64,000 nt of DNA. Origin: a virus. The stretch lies in the IMG/VR virus record IMGVR_UViG_3300022745_000025, positions 7,012 to 71,011 of that record, one strand, 5' to 3'. The stretch's first letter is position 1. Every line of letters begins with the position of its first letter. Under the pieces are notes generated by a model, which saw only the letters and a list, made by a program, of their open reading frames with translations, had not been told where the DNA came from and searched no databases. A program made the position numbers and the translations under genes. This document shows, piece by piece, positions 27,701 through 35,669 of the stretch.

Positions 27701-28066
27701 TTGGCTGAACCAACCTCGACCGCATCCATCAGCCTGACGGTCCTGGCTGTTGGATTTTTTGGCCCCTTAGCCGGGCCTTACACCGTCATTATTTTCGCCG
27801 CACTGGCTGGTGCCATGTGGCCTCTGTCCGCACACACAACAGGGAGCAAGCTGGCCGGAGCATGGCTGTTGCTGCGCTGCACGCTGACCGCTGTATTCAT
27901 GACCGGCGTATTTGCCACGTTTTTGGAGCGGCACCTGCAGGTACCGATCAATGAAGGACTTGCCCCCATCGCCTTGATCATCGGTGCCTTGGGTAATGGT
28001 TGGCGGCCGGTGTTTGAAGCCATCAGCAACGCGATGGCTGCACTTGTTGGACGGAGAGAGAAATGA
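27701..28066 (+). CDS. Putative holin (about 3 TM segments)
   Basis: TTG start with GGAG; hydrophobic segments; charged C-terminus; upstream of endolysin. Confidence 0.55.
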   Translation: MAEPTSTASISLTVLAVGFFGPLAGPYTVIIFAALAGAMWPLSAHTTGSKLAGAWLLLRCTLTAVFMTGVFATFLERHLQVPINEGLAPIALIIGALGNGWRPVFEAISNAMAALVGRREK

Positions 28067-28410
28067 CAAACTTTGATGTGCTCGCCGTCGTGGCGAGCGA
28101 GGTCTTGTGCGCGTCCCTCTTTTACGGGTGCTTTGTTCGGGCGGTTAGGTCGTCATCCGACATCGTCCTCTTCGAGGTCCGCCTGGCGTTCAACATGCTG
28201 TCGGCCGCGGCCCTGTGGGGGATGGCGGCCCCGATCTTCGGCCACGTACCAGACGTCGGCGACCTGCTCATGTTGGCGGCCATCTCATACACACAGCACA
28301 TCACAACTCGCCACTGGGAAGAGAATGTTCCGCCCAGATTCCTCAAACGTGAGTACCGCCGGCGTCGGGATGACTCCGACTTTATGACCAGCAGGATGCA
28401 CCGATCATGA
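28063..28410 (+). CDS. Membrane protein of lysis cassette
   Basis: Hydrophobic segments and basic tail; coupled to holin. Confidence 0.5.
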   Translation: MTNFDVLAVVASEVLCASLFYGCFVRAVRSSSDIVLFEVRLAFNMLSAAALWGMAAPIFGHVPDVGDLLMLAAISYTQHITTRHWEENVPPRFLKREYRRRRDDSDFMTSRMHRS

Positions 28411-28505
28411 TGTTCAATCTCCTGTGGCCACATCTCTGGCCGCGTATCTGGTGGAGGTTGGACGACGTCATCCCCCGACGACGCCGACGACATGAGTCTG
28501 CGTAG
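28407..28505 (+). CDS. Possible 32-aa Trp/Arg-rich peptide
   Basis: ATGA coupling; MMFNLLWPHLWPRIWWRLDDVIPRRRRRHESA fills the gap before the endolysin. Confidence 0.3.
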   Translation: MMFNLLWPHLWPRIWWRLDDVIPRRRRRHESA

Positions 28506-28517
28506 GAGCCTGTTGCT

Positions 28518-29087
28518 ATGAGCCCACAACAACTGCAGCTGGTGATGGGCATCAAACCCAATCTCGCCTCCCGGTGGGCCCCCTTCATCGAAAGGGCTCT
28601 TAAGCTCAGTGAGTGCAACACCAAGCAGCGCAAGGCCGCTTGGCTGGCTCAGATCGGGCACGAGTCCGGGTGCTTGCGCTACACCCGCGAGATCTGGGGC
28701 CCAACCCCACAACAACTCCGGTACGAGCCTGGCACCACGCTGGCGGCCCGCCTCGGCAACACCCAACCCGGAGACGGTGCCCGGTACATGGGGCGCGGCC
28801 TCATCCAGATCACCGGCCTCGCCAACTACCAGATGTGCACGCAGCAGATGCGAAAGCTGGTGGAGGGCCTTGAGGTGCCTAACTTCGTTCAGGAGCCTGA
28901 GCTACTGGAGCGCCCGAGCTGGGCCTCCCTGACCGCTGCCGTGTTCTGGAAAAAGAACAAGCTGAACCGGTTCGCCGACAGCGGCAACTTTGTCGAGCTG
29001 ACCAAACGAATCAACGGTGGCCTGAACGGCCTGGCACACCGTCAACACCTATACGTGGCCGCCTTGGGAGTGCTTGAAAATGAATGA
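28518..29087 (+). CDS. Endolysin, glycoside hydrolase family 19
   Basis: AAWLAQIGHESG, YMGRGLIQITG, INGGLNGLAHR motifs. Confidence 0.9.
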   Translation: MSPQQLQLVMGIKPNLASRWAPFIERALKLSECNTKQRKAAWLAQIGHESGCLRYTREIWGPTPQQLRYEPGTTLAARLGNTQPGDGARYMGRGLIQITGLANYQMCTQQMRKLVEGLEVPNFVQEPELLERPSWASLTAAVFWKKNKLNRFADSGNFVELTKRINGGLNGLAHRQHLYVAALGVLENE

Positions 29088-29649
29088 TTTGGTGACCTCC
29101 GTCCTTGGGGCGGTCTTTTCTGGTGGGGCCACAGGCCTCCTCGGTGTCCTGATCCAACGCTGGTTCGACTTCAAGCACAAGCAGCAGGAGATCGAGGTGG
29201 TGAAGCTGCAACTCGAGAACGCCAAGGAATTGGCGCAGATCGAGGCAGGCCGCAGCACCCGTGTGGCTGAGATGGACATGGAGGCCCGGTTCGTGGAGGC
29301 CGACGCCGCCGTGATGCAGGCCAGCTTCAAGCACGACCAAGCCAGCTACCTGCTTCCAGAGGCACAACAGCGCAAGGGCTTCGTGGGCGGCCTGATCGTC
29401 TTCCTGATGGCCAGCGTGGACTTTCTGCGCGGCATCTTGCGCCCGGGTATGACCGCCTACCTGTGTGGGTTGGTCACGGTGATGTTCTTCTGGGTGCGCA
29501 ACCTCGCCGCCAGCTACGGCATGTCGCTCTCATCTGACCAAGCGTTCCAACTGATGCTGCAGATCATCCTGACCATCCTGTACGTTTTCTCCACGTGCAC
29601 AACGTGGTGGTTTGGCGCCCGGCCGCCCAAAACGAAAGAGTCGTCGTAG
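29074..29649 (+). CDS. Membrane protein, 3TM-holin-like
   Basis: N-terminal TM, coiled coil, RGILRP, two C-terminal TMs ending WWFGAR. Confidence 0.55.
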   Translation: MKMNDLVTSVLGAVFSGGATGLLGVLIQRWFDFKHKQQEIEVVKLQLENAKELAQIEAGRSTRVAEMDMEARFVEADAAVMQASFKHDQASYLLPEAQQRKGFVGGLIVFLMASVDFLRGILRPGMTAYLCGLVTVMFFWVRNLAASYGMSLSSDQAFQLMLQIILTILYVFSTCTTWWFGARPPKTKESS

Positions 29650-29685
29650 GGGGATTGACTTTCGGGGCCGGACTCCCCAGTCTGG
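29649..29685 (+). promoter_or_regulatory. Putative late promoter copy 6
   Basis: GGGGGA TTGACT-17bp-CAGTCT GG. Confidence 0.75.
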
Positions 29686-29719
29686 AACGATCAGAACCCA
29701 ATATCTATGAGGTGAACCC

Positions 29720-29848
29720 ATGGCATCTGCCGAAAGCCTGTACGCATCTGATGGCTTCGCTATCTCGGCTTCTGCCGGGAGATTCAACTCTGCCTCTCCA
29801 TCGCGCCGGTGGGGTGTCAAAGCAGACCCCAACAAGTACCGAATTTAA
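29720..29848 (+). CDS. Small 42-aa protein not in ORF track
   Basis: GAGGTG RBS, ATG 29720, MASAESLYASDGFAISASAGRFNSASPSRRWGVKADPNKYRI; stop precedes the next RBS. Confidence 0.55.
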   Translation: MASAESLYASDGFAISASAGRFNSASPSRRWGVKADPNKYRI

Positions 29849-29858
29849 GGAGTAGGTC

Positions 29859-30158
29859 ATGAAAATCATGGGACCCAAGGACCCAGAAGAGTCCAAAGTG
29901 CTGGCGTTCGAGTTCGATCAGGACATCGCCAGCACTGACAGCATTGTGTCAGCGGTGGTGACTGCGTCCGTCCACGCAGGCACGGACCCGACAGCGTCCA
30001 CGTTGGTGTCCGGGGCGGCGACGTTCTCCGGCACAACCGTCTACCAGCGGGTGTCAGGTGGCGTGAGTGGGGTCACCTACAAGCTACGAGCCAAGGCCAC
30101 AGACAGCGCCGGAAATGTGCACATCTTGGTGGCCGGCCTGCATGTGGGTTGGGCTTGA
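29859..30158 (+). CDS. Putative virion fibre-adaptor-like protein
   Basis: GPKDPEE..LAFEF and VYQRVSGGVSGVTYKL pattern of small phage adaptor proteins. Confidence 0.5.
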   Translation: MKIMGPKDPEESKVLAFEFDQDIASTDSIVSAVVTASVHAGTDPTASTLVSGAATFSGTTVYQRVSGGVSGVTYKLRAKATDSAGNVHILVAGLHVGWA

Positions 30159-30229
30159 AATGGTGGTCATCTGGTGGCCACTGATGTTGAAGGTCTGGCG
30201 CTCGTGTTGGCGCGTATAGGGAGAAAAAG

Positions 30230-30586
30230 ATGAAACTGTTGATCGCACTGCTGCTCCTGCCTCTGCAGGTTTGGGCCAATACCAGCCCATTCATGGAGTA
30301 CCGAATGTGCCTGCCCATCGTCAGAACTGAAGATGGGACGATCTACCGGAGCTCAGCCATCAAAGCCGCCTTCCAGCGTCTGCACCCATGCCCATCGACA
30401 GGGTTGCAGAAGGGTTCTTGCCCGGGGTGGTCCATTGATCACGTCATCCCGTTGGCGGTGGGCGGCTGCGATGCCGTCGTCAACATGCAGTGGTTGCCTG
30501 ACCAGATCAAGTCGGCGGCTGGCACTTACCCGAAGGATCGGTGGGAGCGCAAGGTGTACGCTGACCCGATGCAAGTTGTGAAGTGA
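30230..30586 (+). CDS. Signal-peptide-bearing HNH-fold protein
   Basis: MKLLIALLLLPLQVWA signal peptide; HPCPSTG...CPGWSIDHVIPLAVGGCDAVVNMQW. Confidence 0.7.
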   Translation: MKLLIALLLLPLQVWANTSPFMEYRMCLPIVRTEDGTIYRSSAIKAAFQRLHPCPSTGLQKGSCPGWSIDHVIPLAVGGCDAVVNMQWLPDQIKSAAGTYPKDRWERKVYADPMQVVK

Positions 30587-30618
30587 TTTTGCGGAGCAGC
30601 TCCTGAATTGCGGAGCGG
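30587..30618 (+). repeat. Integrase arm-type sites, left arm (TTGCGGAGC x2)
   Basis: TTTTGCGGAGC at 30587 and TTGCGGAGCGG at 30608. Confidence 0.6.
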
Positions 30619-30641
30619 ACTGCCTGTATGATCCAGAAAAG

Positions 30642-30680
30642 AAAAAGCCAGCAAGGTCTTGATCTTGCTGGCTTTCTTGT
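30642..30680. terminator. Bidirectional intrinsic terminator next to att
   Basis: AAAGCCAGCAAG-GTCTTGAT-CTTGCTGGCTTT perfect 12-bp stem with A/T tracts on both sides. Confidence 0.8.
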
Positions 30681-30681
30681 T

Positions 30682-30737
30682 TGGTGCCCAGGAGAGGACT
30701 CGAACCTCCACGCCTCTCAGCGCTAGTACCTGAAGCT
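30682..30737 (-). mobile_element. attP core: 3' portion of tRNA-Leu(CAG)
   Basis: Minus strand reads AGC TTCAGGT ACTAG CGCTGAGAGGCG TGGAGGTTCGAGTCCTCT CCTGGGC ACCA (anticodon loop, long variable arm, T arm, CCA); no 5' half; adjacent to integrase. Confidence 0.9.
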
Positions 30738-30777
30738 GTTGAAGAATGGCTCAACCATGCGGCTTACAGCCACATTG

Positions 30778-30851
30778 CCGCTCCCCAAAATCAGGTTGAT
30801 TTCCTCTTCAACTCCGTGGGGTCGGCGCTTTTTGCGGAGCGTTCGGGGAGC
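30778..30851. repeat. Integrase arm-type sites, right arm
   Basis: Inverted CCGCTCCCCAAAA at 30778; TTTGCGGAGCG and TTCGGGGAGC at 30831-30851. Confidence 0.55.
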
Positions 30852-31852
30852 ATAGAAACCTCTCTGGCTTTGCCTGAAGCGTAATGCTCCGTCATGGTCA
30901 CACTGGCATGGCCAAGCAGTGCCTGCGCCTGCTCGATGCCACCTTGATCCCGCAAGTCCGCTGCCGCCTTTCGCCGCAAGTCTCTGAACTGAAAGGACGC
31001 AGCAGGTATTCCAGCCTTGTCTCTGGCACTTTCAAACCGGAGGCGCAGCTTGGGCTTGGTCATTGGTTTGCCCAACTCATCGACAAGCAGGGCCTTGGCC
31101 AGACTACCAACAGATCGCTTCCGCACCTGGATCCGCTGAAACAGTGAGGCCAGATCACCTACTATGGGGATTCTCATGGGTCGGCCGGTCTTGTCCTGCC
31201 CGAACACGAGCACCCCGTCGACGACGTCGTTCTCGGACAGCTTCAGGACATCGGACACCCGTTGCCCTGTCAGGTAGGCGAGATCGAGGGCATCCTTCAA
31301 ATCCTGTGAGGCTCGCCCGTAGACTTCGTCGAAAACCTTGTCCTCGATGTAGACGTTTTTGCGCCCGGGCAGGCGTTTGGTTTTGATGGCGGCCACCGGG
31401 TTCGTTGTGCAGAAGTCGCGTGCCATGCACCACGAGAACAGCATGGACAGCACGGCTTTTTCTCGCAAGGCGCGATGCTTGGATTGGGCGCTGCGCTTGT
31501 CGATGTAGAGGGTGATGTGCGAGGGCTTCACTTCGTCCAGCGGCGCCTGCCCGAAAGCAAGGGCGAGTTTGTCGAGCGCGAATTTGTAGTCGGCCTGTGT
31601 GCCACGGCCAACCTCCTCGAACTGTGGGCTGCCGAGGTACTTGGCAATGGCCCAACCAACCGTGGGCTTGGCTGTCACCGGCGCGGCATGGAGTTCGGAC
31701 CACTTGCGCACGGCCAGAACGTAGTCGGGGCCAAGTGGGATCTCTTTGCGCGGTGTGCCGCCGGTGTCATAGTAATAGTGTGTCGTGTCCCAACGGGTGC
31801 GAGCCCGCATCCGGGGCGGTAGGTTCAGGTTGGCAGTTGCGCGTCGGCCCAT
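30791..31852 (-). CDS. int: Tyrosine integrase
   Basis: TGQRVSDVL (R), FRDLRR, LLGH, TEHY catalytic motifs; next to tRNA-derived att (alternative start 31864). Confidence 0.95.
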   Translation of the reverse strand: MGRRATANLNLPPRMRARTRWDTTHYYYDTGGTPRKEIPLGPDYVLAVRKWSELHAAPVTAKPTVGWAIAKYLGSPQFEEVGRGTQADYKFALDKLALAFGQAPLDEVKPSHITLYIDKRSAQSKHRALREKAVLSMLFSWCMARDFCTTNPVAAIKTKRLPGRKNVYIEDKVFDEVYGRASQDLKDALDLAYLTGQRVSDVLKLSENDVVDGVLVFGQDKTGRPMRIPIVGDLASLFQRIQVRKRSVGSLAKALLVDELGKPMTKPKLRLRFESARDKAGIPAASFQFRDLRRKAAADLRDQGGIEQAQALLGHASVTMTEHYASGKAREVSMLPERSAKSADPTELKRKST

Positions 31853-32040
31853 GGAGGAGTCCATCCTTGAGACTTGGTCGGCCTTTGCTTGCCGCCTCCC
31901 TCAAGAACGGCCCGGGCCACGCGTGGGTGGCCGGCCTTGTTCAGGTAGAACGGAATGCGCTGGGACTTCAGGTGGGCGACCTGCTTGGTGGCCTGCCTGT
32001 AACCCGTCAGCTCGACAAGCTCGGCTTCGGTAAGGAACAT
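31825..32040 (-). CDS. Excisionase-like protein (DUF4224-type)
   Basis: MFLTEAELVELTGYRQ...IPF...GHPRV; overlaps integrase start. Confidence 0.75.
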   Translation of the reverse strand: MFLTEAELVELTGYRQATKQVAHLKSQRIPFYLNKAGHPRVARAVLEGGGKQRPTKSQGWTPPWADAQLPT

Positions 32041-32085
32041 GATCTCGACGGGCGAGGTACATAGCCTCTGCCTCTTGTAAATGAG

Positions 32086-32109
32086 AAGGCCCGCAATGTA
32101 GCGGGCCTT
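32086..32109. terminator. Hairpin/possible terminator upstream of xis-int
   Basis: AAGGCCCGC-AATGTA-GCGGGCCTT. Confidence 0.55.
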
Positions 32110-32127
32110 TGGGGTTGCGTGTTGAAC

Positions 32128-32319
32128 TCAGGAATCCGGCTGGAATACCAGAGTGCCGCGTACGGCTTCTGTCTCGCCCGGCGGGCTTGTCACCCACCGC
32201 TCAATGACGACGGAGGGAAGCCTCCCTGCCATCAGGTTGATGGAGACCCGGTGGATGTCTCCGGTGTCGGGGATGCCGAGCCGCCTGAGGATTTCGATGT
32301 TGGGGTCAGGTTGGGTCAT
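32128..32319 (-). CDS. Hypothetical protein
   Basis: Coupled small ORF with RBS. Confidence 0.5.
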   Translation of the reverse strand: MTQPDPNIEILRRLGIPDTGDIHRVSINLMAGRLPSVVIERWVTSPPGETEAVRGTLVFQPDS

Positions 32320-32525
32320 TTCGGTTCCCCTCTCGTGCAGTCCACTGCTTCCAGCAGCCAGTCATCGCAGTACTTGTCGTAGTCGTACACCTCGAACGCG
32401 ACTTGTCCATCTTCGTGGCCGAGGCTGAAGCCGTGCCTCTTGCACACGGCCAGCATCTCGACAAGGAAGGCGTCGATGTCGGGGCGTTCGACGTCGGCTC
32501 GTTTTGATCTGTTCCAGCGTTTCAT
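32316..32525 (-). CDS. Hypothetical protein
   Basis: Coupled small ORF with RBS. Confidence 0.55.
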   Translation of the reverse strand: MKRWNRSKRADVERPDIDAFLVEMLAVCKRHGFSLGHEDGQVAFEVYDYDKYCDDWLLEAVDCTRGEPK

Positions 32526-32534
32526 GCCTTCACC

Positions 32535-34646
32535 TCACAGTTGAATCAAGTGGTCGGCCACCGCCTCGGTCGCTTCTTCGTGCGACACGATGATGGTCTG
32601 CTTGAAGCCGGTCTGCGTCAAGAAGCCCAACGTCGTCGCGGTTCGCTCCACGTCCATGGCGGCGGTGGGCTCGTCCAACACCAGCAGCGGAGCATGAGGT
32701 ACGAAGGTCTTGACCAGCGCAACCCGAACAGCCAACCCCAGAATGTCCAAGGTAGAGCCTGACAGTGTGGCAGCGTTGTGGCCGTCGACGACGAACCCAT
32801 CAGGTGTCTTCGTCACCAGAGAACGGTTGCCTCGCATGTCGCTGAAGTACTTCGACACGGCACCCAACACCAAGGCCCAGAGCTTGTCGGCAATCACCGG
32901 CCGGGCGGTGCGAACAGCTTTCAGCAGAGTGTTGTTGAACTGGAGAACTCGCAGGTCTTCCTTGGCCTTGCTCAGGGTGCCTTCCACCTGACTGCGCAGC
33001 TTCAGGTACGACTCCCACTTGGCCACCGCCTCGCGGTTGTGGCTGCGGCGCTGCTCCAGCTGGGTCCGGGCCTTGTCCAAGTTCTCGCGGCGTTCGCGCA
33101 CGGCTTGCTCACGCTCCTGCTCCACACGCTGCAGAGAGCTCAGGTCGATCTCCTCCCGTCCGCCCAGCGATGTGACAGCGTGGTCCAAGTCCTGCTTGGA
33201 GGCTTCGACCGCCTTCAGCGCCTGCTCTTTGCGGGCGTTGGCCGTCTTGTGTGCATCCAGCGCCTGCTTCAGCTCCGCCAGCTCCTCTAGGGCAGCGGCC
33301 ACATCTTTCTCCACCGCCTCGAACGACACCGCTCCCGGCCACTTCAGAAGCGGTGGAGTGACGCTGGCGTCGATGTCCAGATGCTTGGCGTACTTGTTGG
33401 CGAGGTTGACGGCGGTCTTCGACTTCGAGCGGATCGTCACCAACTCAGCCTCGTCCTTCAGAGCCTGAGCCACCTTGCCGCCCAGAGAATCTGCCTCTTT
33501 TTTAAGCAGTGAAGCCTTGGCTTCGAGCTCTTCGTTCTTGGCCACAACCTCGGCAACCTCGGACACGTCCTTGCCGCACAGGGTGCAGGAGCCTGCGACC
33601 TTGAGGGCCAGAGTCGTCTCGATGGCTGCCGTCAGCTTGACGCGTTCCATCTTCCACTCGGAGGACCGCTTGCGCAGGGAGTCGATCTCCTGCTCCAGCT
33701 GCTCGAAGGTTCCTTCGTACAGGGGTTCCAAGCCCAGCGCAGGTTTAACTGCCTTGTACACGTCCTCGAGGGCGAGGGCGGCATTGCCTTCGCGGATGAT
33801 GGCCTCCTGCTTCTGGATGGCTGTGGCGGCTGGAGCCTTGGGGACTTTGATCGCCTTGAACTCCGCCTCCGACTTCGCCAGCCGCTCGTTGGCTGCCTCG
33901 ATGTTTGACTTGGCTCGCCGAATGTCGGCGTTGACTTCCTTTGCGTTGGCCAGTGCGGCGGTGGCCTCCCGGTGCTCGGTGGTGGCGGTGGCCACCAACT
34001 GGGTGCACAAGGTGACAGCGCCCTCAGCGCTCATCTCCCGTGCGCGGAGAACGACCATGTCGGGCTGCTCCATGGTGCCGAGGTTGTCCATCTGCACCTG
34101 AGCGGATTCGACAGCAGCCTCCGCGGCAGCGGTGGACCCGGTGACGAGCTTGGCCTGAATCAGGTCGATCAGGTTGTCGAGCTGGTCGAACTCGGCCAGC
34201 TTCTCGATCAGCTCCGTGGTGGCCTTAGTGCCTGCCGCCAAAGCGCCGCGGATCTCGTTCTGGTTGGCCAGAATGAGTTTGGGCGCAGCCTGTGCGTCTG
34301 TGCCCAGCAGCTTGCCGATGTAGGCGGCTGTCTCGGTTTGGCCGGTGACGGACCCGCCGGCGTAATTGATCTCAGCACCTGACTTGCCACGGGAGATGGT
34401 GTAGTCCACCCCGTCGACGACAAAGTCCAGCACCACTTTCAGTGTGCTGACGGGCTTGCCGTAGGTGACAGTGTCCTCGAGGGAGTAGGGCAGGGCCTTG
34501 GTGCCGAAGAGGGCGTAGGCCACCGCCTGAAGCAGGCTGCTCTTGCCCTTTTCGACGGCCCCACGGATGGCAATCAACCCCAGACCGAAGTCCAGTGTGA
34601 GAGCTTCATGGCATTTGAAGTTGGTGATTTGGATTCGTTTCAGCAT
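32535..34646 (-). CDS. SbcC/Rad50/T4 gp46-like SMC ATPase
   Basis: Walker A GAVEKGKS, coiled coils, zinc hook CTLC, LSGST signature, LLVLDEPT, IIVSHE. Confidence 0.9.
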   Translation of the reverse strand: MLKRIQITNFKCHEALTLDFGLGLIAIRGAVEKGKSSLLQAVAYALFGTKALPYSLEDTVTYGKPVSTLKVVLDFVVDGVDYTISRGKSGAEINYAGGSVTGQTETAAYIGKLLGTDAQAAPKLILANQNEIRGALAAGTKATTELIEKLAEFDQLDNLIDLIQAKLVTGSTAAAEAAVESAQVQMDNLGTMEQPDMVVLRAREMSAEGAVTLCTQLVATATTEHREATAALANAKEVNADIRRAKSNIEAANERLAKSEAEFKAIKVPKAPAATAIQKQEAIIREGNAALALEDVYKAVKPALGLEPLYEGTFEQLEQEIDSLRKRSSEWKMERVKLTAAIETTLALKVAGSCTLCGKDVSEVAEVVAKNEELEAKASLLKKEADSLGGKVAQALKDEAELVTIRSKSKTAVNLANKYAKHLDIDASVTPPLLKWPGAVSFEAVEKDVAAALEELAELKQALDAHKTANARKEQALKAVEASKQDLDHAVTSLGGREEIDLSSLQRVEQEREQAVRERRENLDKARTQLEQRRSHNREAVAKWESYLKLRSQVEGTLSKAKEDLRVLQFNNTLLKAVRTARPVIADKLWALVLGAVSKYFSDMRGNRSLVTKTPDGFVVDGHNAATLSGSTLDILGLAVRVALVKTFVPHAPLLVLDEPTAAMDVERTATTLGFLTQTGFKQTIIVSHEEATEAVADHLIQL

Positions 34647-34647
34647 G

Positions 34648-34863
34648 TCAAAGTCCTATCTTGTCGTCTTTGGCGAATGTGGGGTATGGCGCCCAGTGCG
34701 TCCATTCGCTGCCAGGAGTCCACTGGCCTCGGGCGGGGATGCCGCGTTTGCGGTTGATCAGCTGCAATGTGCTGCCCCGTGGGGGCATGCCTCTGGACAC
34801 TGGGATCCAGTGGTACCCGGTGTCCACCACCGCAGCTTTGTCCGTGGTGGTCTTGATGGTCAT
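34648..34863 (-). CDS. Hypothetical protein
   Basis: ATG overlapping thyX stop; WIPV...PP...W THW pattern. Confidence 0.55.
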   Translation of the reverse strand: MTIKTTTDKAAVVDTGYHWIPVSRGMPPRGSTLQLINRKRGIPARGQWTPGSEWTHWAPYPTFAKDDKIGL

Positions 34864-35669
34864 GCGAGCCTCCGCTCGATCAGCTTGCGGTGCTGGATCC
34901 ACCCGACAAAGTTGCCGCTCTGGTGGTCGGCAAACTCAGAGGGCGTGGCTTGGTGCTCCGCAGGCGATGCGTGGATTGGATGTGACCCGACAAGGCGCTC
35001 GTAAAGCTCAATGTCCTTGTTGATGTCGGGTTCCGCGCCGTCATGCGTCAGGTAGGAGACGCGTGCGCAACGTGCGGTGGACAGCTTCAGGAGGATCTCG
35101 CGCTTGTACAGATCCCGCTCACTCGCCTTGACGTAAGGCAGGTGCCACTGGTCGGGGCCCAGTCGCTCTGGTTCGGTCTCCAAAGCGACCCGCATCGCCT
35201 GTGCGAGCGCCTGAATCTCAGGCTGGGCGTCTGGATGGTCGCGCAGGTGCAGGAAGTTCTCCCATGTGGTTGAGGTGACGATCGTCCGCATCAACTGGTA
35301 GGGCTCTAGGATGCGGTTGACGATTTGCTTGTGCAGCCCAAGGGCGTTCATGAATTCAGCCTGGTCCGCAGCCTTGTTGGCAGCCTGTACCCAGAGATCT
35401 TTGGCGTTGCCGACGTGCTGCACCTCCTCCCGCGCCTGCATCCCCGGCTGGTTCTTGCCCCAGTGGATTGGCATAGCCGGGTCGTTGCGAACCTGTTGGA
35501 TCATTTTGGCCACAGGGATGGCGCGGGATGATGCTGCGTTGCGTGAGAAGACCCGGTGGGTCATGAACTCACTGTGGATGAAGCGTGGGTACTGCAACTC
35601 CAATGTGTGGATTGCCTGCCTGTAGGAGTTGACGCTTGCGGCGACGCACTTGGCGGTGATTTGGATCAT
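34860..35669 (-). CDS. thyX: Flavin-dependent thymidylate synthase (ThyX-like)
   Basis: THRVFSRNAASSR matches the (R/T)HR-x7-S signature; RDHPDAQPEI. Confidence 0.8.
   Translation of the reverse strand: MIQITAKCVAASVNSYRQAIHTLELQYPRFIHSEFMTHRVFSRNAASSRAIPVAKMIQQVRNDPAMPIHWGKNQPGMQAREEVQHVGNAKDLWVQAANKAADQAEFMNALGLHKQIVNRILEPYQLMRTIVTSTTWENFLHLRDHPDAQPEIQALAQAMRVALETEPERLGPDQWHLPYVKASERDLYKREILLKLSTARCARVSYLTHDGAEPDINKDIELYERLVGSHPIHASPAEHQATPSEFADHQSGNFVGWIQHRKLIERRLA

Noticed and set aside
30682-30737. Complete tRNA-Leu gene
   Set aside because: The 5' acceptor strand and D arm are absent; it is an att core.
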